Shown here: positions 38,701 to 44,004 of the stretch, piece after piece
Layout of the letters: the number at the start of each line of letters is the position of its first letter
How positions within the stretch are numbered: the first letter of the stretch is position 1
Source of the DNA: Spirochaetia bacterium
Lineage (GTDB): Bacteria > Spirochaetota > Spirochaetia > SZUA-6 > Bin103
NCBI GenBank assembly: GCA_965243555.1
Contig: OZ251575.1
Span: 3,685,880-3,749,879 of the forward strand
Length of the DNA stretch: 64,000 bases
Direction: 5' to 3'
Program-made: the position numbers and the translations under genes
The notes under the pieces: model-generated
The model's database searches: none
What the model was told of the DNA's origin: nothing
The model's input: only the letters and a program-made list of their open reading frames with translations

Positions 38701-40838
38701 TCAACCCTTCTATACGCCCGTTTGTCCTTGCGCTGGGGAACGATGCGCTCGATACCGAGATCGACTGGATCGACCTGCGACGCTTCAAGTACGAGCTTCC
38801 GCGCCAGATTGCAGCATTCCAACGCATCGTCGCGCTCCACGCCGGCTACATGGCCACTGGCGGTGGGCCGTTCCAAGCGCTCCGACTGACTCTCACCCGT
38901 CCGGATGGCATCGAGTATAATCGTCTCGTCAGCGTTGACAAGAGTCACCGCGATCAGGTACTGTCGATCCTTGACAGCACGGTGGAGGCTACTACTCACG
39001 CTCTCGCTGAACTCATTGACAATTCGATCGAGAGTCAAGCGAACGTGATTGAGATATTCGGCGTGAGTAGGAAGGATCATCGTACTAGCCGATTTACGCT
39101 CGATGAATTGGCCGTTCTTGACAATGGTGACGGAATGGACCAAGCAACTCTCCGCGGAAGCCTGCGCTACGGTCATGGCACCCGCAGGGAAAGAACAGGA
39201 ATTGGGCGTTTTGGTCTCGGGCTTCCGAATTCGTCGATGTCGCAGGCCCGGCGTGTCGACGTTTGGTCGTGGCGATCTGGTGTAACGAACGCCCTTCACA
39301 CATGGCTCTCCATTGACGATGTGGAGGCTGGAGCCAGCGAGATACCAGAGCCCATATTGGAGCCGATTCCCATGCGGTACCGAGTGGGGAGCCGTCACGG
39401 GTTCGGCGAAACCGGCACGCTGGTCGTATGGACCGATCTCGATCGCGTTGAATGGAAGCAGGTATCCACGACTTTCAAGCATACTGAGAACCTACTCGGT
39501 AGGATATATCGGCGTTTTCTAGCCAAACCATCGGAGAGGCTCCACGCCGCCGACGTGCGCGCGGATGAGATTGGCACGCGACGCTCAATAACTTGCATCC
39601 CGATCCAGGAAGACGGCGAGGTCGGGACGGTCGTTGACTCCGATGTCGTCGAGGTGAGACCCAACGATCCACTGTACCTCATGACAGACACATCATGCCC
39701 GGAGGCGTTCGGACCAGGGCCGATGTTTATGGAGCTCGAAGGGAGTCCTTTTTCGGTTCCCGTGACCCACATGGGAAGGGAGTACCAAGTAATAGTCAGG
39801 GCCAGCTATGCTCACGCGCACGCTCGCGACTCGCTGGCTTCCGGCGCCGCATGGCCAGACGAATGGAAGGGACGCGCTCCGGGACATACACCGTGGGGGA
39901 AGCACGCTAACCAGAACATAGGAGTATCCTTAGTCCGGGCACACAGGGAGATCCAACTTGACGACTCGTGGATTAGCGGCGACGACCCGCGAGAACGCTG
40001 GTGGACCGTGGAGTTGGATTTTCCTACGGCTCTCGACGAGGTATTTGGTGTCGCAAACAACAAGCAGAGTACGGTCACGTTTCAGCGACTTGCCAGGTAC
40101 GAATGGGAACGAGAGGCGCTTCCAGGCGAGACCTCGAGCGGTGATGTCCGACGACGGATGGAGCAGGAGGGAGACCCCCGAACTCATCTTCTGGATCTAC
40201 GGAGGCAGATCAATAGGGTGATAGAGCTGATGCGTAGCCGCGTGCGGCAAGCACGGCAACGGCGTAGCCGGCGTCACGATCTTGATGAAGATCAGAAGGC
40301 GGATGCCAGAGCCACTGCCACAATCAAGCGGCGCATACAGGAGGGCTACCAGGGGGAGTCCGAACGTGCAGCAGAATCGGGCACTGACGAGGAACACAAG
40401 GACGCTCACGTTGAATCACTCGTCGACAGGCACCACCTTGATCGCGTTGACGCATTGCGGAGGATAGACGAGACTATCAAGGCCGGAAACCGAGTCCGTT
40501 GGATTCAGTCGTCGCAGTCGAGTGCCGCGTTCTTTGACGTTGAGCCACTGCCAAATGTGATACAGGTTGTACTCAACACTAATCATCCGGTGCACGGTCA
40601 TCTATACGAGGTAATGCATCCCGACATCGAGGACATGACCGAAGATGAGGTACGTGAACGACTCGCGAAATCCGCTGCAGCGTTTCGTATCTTGATTTAT
40701 TCGTGGGCGCGCTATGAGGAGGAGCAGAACGAACGGAACCGGCGACGCGTACGAGATGCGCGCATGGAGTGGGGCAAGTACGCGGAAGAGTTCTTCGATG
40801 ACGACGACGGGGCCGTCCCACCAACAGATTTAGTGTAG
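35724..40838 (+). CDS. 1704-aa fusion protein: N-terminal P-loop NTPase plus a C-terminal-half GHKL (Bergerat-fold, HATPase_c_3-like) ATPase with an acidic/coiled-coil tail
   Basis: Walker A 'ITGPYGSGKSSLALL' (~35910-35940) and Walker B 'LLLIIDEFGKNLE' (~36312-36350). GHKL N-box 'ELIDNSIES', G1 box 'VLDNGDGMD' and G2 box 'GIGRFGLGLPNS' (~39000-39230). Lower GC than the flanks. Confidence 0.8.
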   Translation: MTVLADHVTVAGRFARSANLERDAGRAEPLDGYVVTARALDAVDRIASVAAEGPAGGAWSITGPYGSGKSSLALLLNAAFGPPCGTREISWNLIDQVSPEVGERVRQAHQRHRTRGAGFHRALVTANREPLNHTVLRALHAAVVCRYGKIPRSDRFPAAGTLTRALYEMAGNDPSRTGPSPTALVEIARCLAEKAPLLLIIDEFGKNLEAVGDGRGTDPYLLQQLAEAGQGAGLPIFVLTLQHLSFEDHVIGADDPLRREWAKVQGRFEDISYVDTAPATRALIGTVFKVADDNLRHRINCWAVRAATEMRILGVADLADPTTLATCYPLHPLVTMVLPELCSRYGQHERTLFSFLAGSESATAAAFLKTTKLPADADLPTVGLDVVYDYFVDSGVLAPTSAGRSSRWAEITTRIRDTHGLSTRQLRIVKTVALLNLVSVAGTIRASSRVLALVDTEVGATLAALDEAGIVTYREFADEYRIWQGTDIDIRRLLESAGHQVQRQSLADILPALDRPGPVVAARHSAERDILRVFARRYVEGSEWVKPLDPFSPYDGEVLLVVGSGGATPAATWTPGTAKPVVAAIPADLSAVDRAAREAAAVSAVLKDPSVQADRVALTEMSERLAETKTAVEHELSVAFSVNPCRWVLLDASGNQPLNSGRGTAPLSDAADLAYRSTPQVRNEMLNRAELTSQGAMARRLLLEGMIERGSEQNLGLTGYGPEVAMYRAFLEKTRLHRIDPHTKTMVFRKPKDPSLQHAWAVVKKAFRSARTSRINLNNVYASLLSPPIGMKPGVIPVFVTAALLVFNDEVAIYEHGTFKPLLTPEMSERMVRNPVHFEVKHFANTTGARRQVIDALAKELGVRPGFRKHRVANVLSIVGHLVSRMRHVENYTLHTSQLDSTVRTALVAAVEPDKLLFYSLPDALEFPSVPPSAKVYIYAERYAAAVRAAIDHLTQCYRRLLESLRDLFFETCGETERRAITGQAVAIEKEVFNPSIRPFVLALGNDALDTEIDWIDLRRFKYELPRQIAAFQRIVALHAGYMATGGGPFQALRLTLTRPDGIEYNRLVSVDKSHRDQVLSILDSTVEATTHALAELIDNSIESQANVIEIFGVSRKDHRTSRFTLDELAVLDNGDGMDQATLRGSLRYGHGTRRERTGIGRFGLGLPNSSMSQARRVDVWSWRSGVTNALHTWLSIDDVEAGASEIPEPILEPIPMRYRVGSRHGFGETGTLVVWTDLDRVEWKQVSTTFKHTENLLGRIYRRFLAKPSERLHAADVRADEIGTRRSITCIPIQEDGEVGTVVDSDVVEVRPNDPLYLMTDTSCPEAFGPGPMFMELEGSPFSVPVTHMGREYQVIVRASYAHAHARDSLASGAAWPDEWKGRAPGHTPWGKHANQNIGVSLVRAHREIQLDDSWISGDDPRERWWTVELDFPTALDEVFGVANNKQSTVTFQRLARYEWEREALPGETSSGDVRRRMEQEGDPRTHLLDLRRQINRVIELMRSRVRQARQRRSRRHDLDEDQKADARATATIKRRIQEGYQGESERAAESGTDEEHKDAHVESLVDRHHLDRVDALRRIDETIKAGNRVRWIQSSQSSAAFFDVEPLPNVIQVVLNTNHPVHGHLYEVMHPDIEDMTEDEVRERLAKSAAAFRILIYSWARYEEEQNERNRRRVRDARMEWGKYAEEFFDDDDGAVPPTDLV

Positions 40839-40845
40839 GCGGACT

Positions 40846-41760
40846 GTGTCGGACAGCGACTATACTCAAGGAAGCCGTATTCGAGTTCTACTCGGCCGTG
40901 CTGTTCGGAATGTCGCAGTCATAGCACCGTTCGTCAAAGTCAATGCACTCCGATCGCTTCTCGACGCTATCCGCACAGATGTTCACGTACGCTGCGTTAC
41001 CCGCTGGCTTCCACGTGATGTAGCCGCGGGTGTCTCCGATCCGGAGATTATGGACGCACTCGAGGAGCGCGGCAACTTCAGCCTGTCGCTGGTTGACAGA
41101 CTGCATGCAAAGCTCTACGTCTCCGACGATAGGTGCCTTGTCGGCTCATCGAACGTGACCTTTGCCGGGATGGGTGAGCGAACGGATGACAGCAACATCG
41201 AGGTACTCGTAGAGACGGCCGCCGACGATCCGGCTGTCGTTGCCACGCTCCACGAAATCATGCAGGCAGAGCGCCCAGCGACACGATCCATCGCCTTGGC
41301 GGCACGCCGCTTGGCAGATAGTCTCCCAGCGGAGGCGAGAACGTCGGCGGACGCCGGTGCAACCTGGTTTCCGTGCAGCCGGCATCCGGAGTACGCATTC
41401 CACTTTCATAGCCAGCCGCCCAGCGGATACGTAAGAGCATCAGACAACGATCTTCTCGCAGACTTGGCTCGTTCCAACTTACACCCGGGTCTGAGCGAGG
41501 AGGAGTTCAGTTCGGCTATCCGATCGTTGCTTGCGACGATACCGGTTGCCACCATCATTCTCAGCTCCGAGGAGGACATGACGTTCACCCGTGCGGATGC
41601 TCAGTCGTACTTGGAGGGAATTGCAGGTGAGGAGTTCTCAGCAGGCGACCTGTGGAGCGCATTCGTCAACTGGATGGCCTATTTTTTCCCAGAATCAGTT
41701 ATAAGGCAAGAGATTTCGGAAATCGCACTTCGTCGGGCGCAGATTCTGAATGATCGATAG
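40846..41760 (+). CDS. Phospholipase D-family (single HKD) nuclease
   Basis: 304 aa. 'LHAKLYVSDDRCLVGSSNVTFAGM' is the H-x-K-x4-D-x6-G-S-x-N motif (41101-41170). One HKD per chain implies a dimeric Nuc/BfiI-like nuclease. It sits 7 bp after the giant ATPase. Confidence 0.75.
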   Translation: MSDSDYTQGSRIRVLLGRAVRNVAVIAPFVKVNALRSLLDAIRTDVHVRCVTRWLPRDVAAGVSDPEIMDALEERGNFSLSLVDRLHAKLYVSDDRCLVGSSNVTFAGMGERTDDSNIEVLVETAADDPAVVATLHEIMQAERPATRSIALAARRLADSLPAEARTSADAGATWFPCSRHPEYAFHFHSQPPSGYVRASDNDLLADLARSNLHPGLSEEEFSSAIRSLLATIPVATIILSSEEDMTFTRADAQSYLEGIAGEEFSAGDLWSAFVNWMAYFFPESVIRQEISEIALRRAQILNDR

Positions 41761-42149
41761 CGGTCAACCGGGACGTATACGAGATTCAGGCTTGCGGCCA
41801 CCACGGTACCCCCCGAGGCGCGGCGCTATGATCGGGATCGACACCGGCGCGCCGCCGCCTTCGCCTGTCGCCCTTTCGGCTCATCTGCTCGTGGAGATCA
41901 TATGCGAGGTCGGCTACCGTGTCCGCATTGTCAACAGATCGTCCGAACCGTCGTATCCGGTCGATAGCATACTGTGCGCCTTCTGGAGGTGGCGCTTCGA
42001 AGCAAGCAGAGATTCTTCGAAGATTGTCGACGATGGTCGACTCAGTTCGAATGCTACCGACAGGTCAGTGCCGCCACGCAGAGCCGCGACTCCCTCTCTA
42101 CTGCTCAAGACTGAATCAAGTTGGCGAAGGTGTGGATTCTGCGCTTCAA

Positions 42150-42947
42150 CTACGGGTGGTTGGTCCGCCTCTTGCTGCCGTACATCCACAGAAAGAGTTC
42201 TCCGAGCTCGGTTCTCCGCTCGACAGGAACCGGCTCAGTATCCTCGAACGAATAGTCCCACAGACCGATGAATTCTGATATTCCGGAATAGTCCAGGCCG
42301 GTATAGAGGTGAGAGAACGAGAAATGACTACGCCATCGGTCGGAGCGGCTGAACACTTTCATTCGCTCAGCTTGTTCGATAACGATGAGGCTCCGGAACA
42401 GTCGCTGGACGGTGCGGTGAGTGTCGCCGATCTGCCTGGCGATGCTATCAAGCGGTATGGAAAAGCCTTTGCGGATCTCTGCGATGTACCGGGCCTTCGC
42501 ATAGCTGCTCCACTTCGCGGGACCATTTATGTGCTTGAAGCCAAGATGGCGCCACGAATCCTCCCGATTGCTGAACAGGACCGGCAGCTTGTTGAGGTCC
42601 TTCTTCGCTTCCCCGGTAATCTCCGGTATATCCGTTGCGAATCCGAAAGACTCAGGATCCAATAAGATTCTGACTGCGGCCAGGCGGCGGTTACCTTCAA
42701 CGACTACGTTCTTTCCATTTTCCGCAGCGACGATCAACGGTTCATGGCTGAAGAACCCGCTGGCCGCAATGGAGAGGACCAACTCCCGGACGTCCATTGC
42801 GTCCCACAGCACCTTGATAACGTCTGAATCCGTGGAGTTATCGGTCAGCTCAAACTCCGGCAACCGAGGGTTCGCAAAATCGAAGATGAGCTCCGCGACC
42901 GCCACCGTCTCTACGGAAGCAGCAGCACTCTTCGAACGTGGTATCAT
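42150..42947 (-). CDS. ParB-like nuclease domain protein
   Basis: 265 aa. 'VVVEGNRRLAAVRILL' is the ParB/Srx GxRR box. Lies 16 bp downstream of the Dam gene on the same strand. Confidence 0.6.
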   Translation of the reverse strand: MIPRSKSAAASVETVAVAELIFDFANPRLPEFELTDNSTDSDVIKVLWDAMDVRELVLSIAASGFFSHEPLIVAAENGKNVVVEGNRRLAAVRILLDPESFGFATDIPEITGEAKKDLNKLPVLFSNREDSWRHLGFKHINGPAKWSSYAKARYIAEIRKGFSIPLDSIARQIGDTHRTVQRLFRSLIVIEQAERMKVFSRSDRWRSHFSFSHLYTGLDYSGISEFIGLWDYSFEDTEPVPVERRTELGELFLWMYGSKRRTNHP

Positions 42948-42963
42948 TCGGAACCTCCGTATT

Positions 42964-43860
42964 TCACGTGAACAGGCGGTCCTTGGTGATGATCAGTTCG
43001 GCGATGCGGGCGTGATGGCCGTTCTTCATTTCGACTACCGCGGCGTGGAACTTGAACCTGTCCACCAGATCGACGATTTCCTCGCTGCAGTCGTAGGTCA
43101 TCAGAAAGTCGGCTTCGCTATCTGCCAGCACGCGGAATACACGTTGGTGATCTACTTCATTGTGAGCGTAGAGGCGGGAGCCGGCGCGCTTGCCGCCGGC
43201 CGCGGTGTATGGCGGATCGACGAAGAAGCGCACCTCCCGGCGCTGCTCGGCGAGTGTCTCCATAATCCGCACGCCGTCGCCCTCGCGGAAGGTAAATCGG
43301 TTCGAGTAGGCCGCGATCGCGCGCAGGCGCTGCTCCAGGGTAGCGGGATACCAGCGCGAAGCAACGCCCTGGCCGTTCTCGCCATTTCTGGTGAGCGCTG
43401 CCCCCGGTGCGAGTACGCCGCCGCGCCGCGTGCGATTCAACACCAGAGTGCGAAATCCATGTTCCAGCACGTTTTCGGGAGCACGTCGCGCCAGCGCTTC
43501 CACGCTTTCCCGATCGGGGAAGAAGCGACGTATCGACGTTATCAGTTCGGCGCTGTGCTCCAAAGCAGCGCGCCAGAACGCAGCCACGTCGCGGTCCAGA
43601 TCAACCAGATACGCTCGCTCTGACAGCTCTTCCATAACGGCGGTCAAGGAGACGATGGCCCCGCCGGCGAACGGCTCGACGAGCAGCTCGGTGTGGCGGT
43701 CGCGCAGCCAATGCCGGATGTGCGGAACCAGCCACGTTTTACCGCCGGGGTACCGCAACGGGCTGCGTTGGGGAACGGCCGCCACGTTGACCGCCGGTAT
43801 CGTCGATCGGCAGAACGCCGCGGTGCGCGCGTCAGCCGGTGCTGCCGGTCCTCCCCTCAC
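42964..43860 (-). CDS. Dam-family (D12 class) N6-adenine DNA methyltransferase
   Basis: 'SPLRYPGGKTWLVPHI' (motif X), 'VEPFAGGAIVSL' (motif I) and 'FVDPPYT' (motif IV). GTG start at 43860, or the internal GTG at 43786. Confidence 0.8.
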   Translation of the reverse strand: MRGGPAAPADARTAAFCRSTIPAVNVAAVPQRSPLRYPGGKTWLVPHIRHWLRDRHTELLVEPFAGGAIVSLTAVMEELSERAYLVDLDRDVAAFWRAALEHSAELITSIRRFFPDRESVEALARRAPENVLEHGFRTLVLNRTRRGGVLAPGAALTRNGENGQGVASRWYPATLEQRLRAIAAYSNRFTFREGDGVRIMETLAEQRREVRFFVDPPYTAAGGKRAGSRLYAHNEVDHQRVFRVLADSEADFLMTYDCSEEIVDLVDRFKFHAAVVEMKNGHHARIAELIITKDRLFT

Positions 43861-43890
43861 TGCCTACGGACGATACATCAAATTAGGCGG
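43775..43890 (-). repeat. Inverted-duplication copy 2 (native Dam promoter and 5' end)
   Basis: The reverse complement of 43781-43802 is identical to 33546-33567. The flanks are about 65% identical over roughly 120 bp. Confidence 0.55.
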
Positions 43891-44004
43891 CCGCAACAGC
43901 AACCGGCGTGACCCGGCCGGCAGTGCGCGCGAGTGGCGGCGTCCGTGGTCAGCGCGGCCCGCGCGCGAGAGGAAACGGGCGGGCGGGTTGCAGGTAGGGG
44001 GCTC

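Noticed and set aside
41761-42149. Possible small gene in the 389-bp gap between the convergent PLD and ParB-like genes (track ORFs 41750..42271 plus strand, 41914..42189 minus strand)
   Set aside because: Translations are low-complexity with no motifs. They overlap each other on opposite strands. More likely a terminator or non-coding region.
33462-43890. Active invertible segment (shufflon or phase-variation switch) driven by a local recombinase
   Set aside because: Inverted repeats with a 22-bp perfect core are present. No serine or tyrosine recombinase or invertase gene is recognisable anywhere in the window. It is kept only as a hypothesis within a finding, not called as a mobile element.
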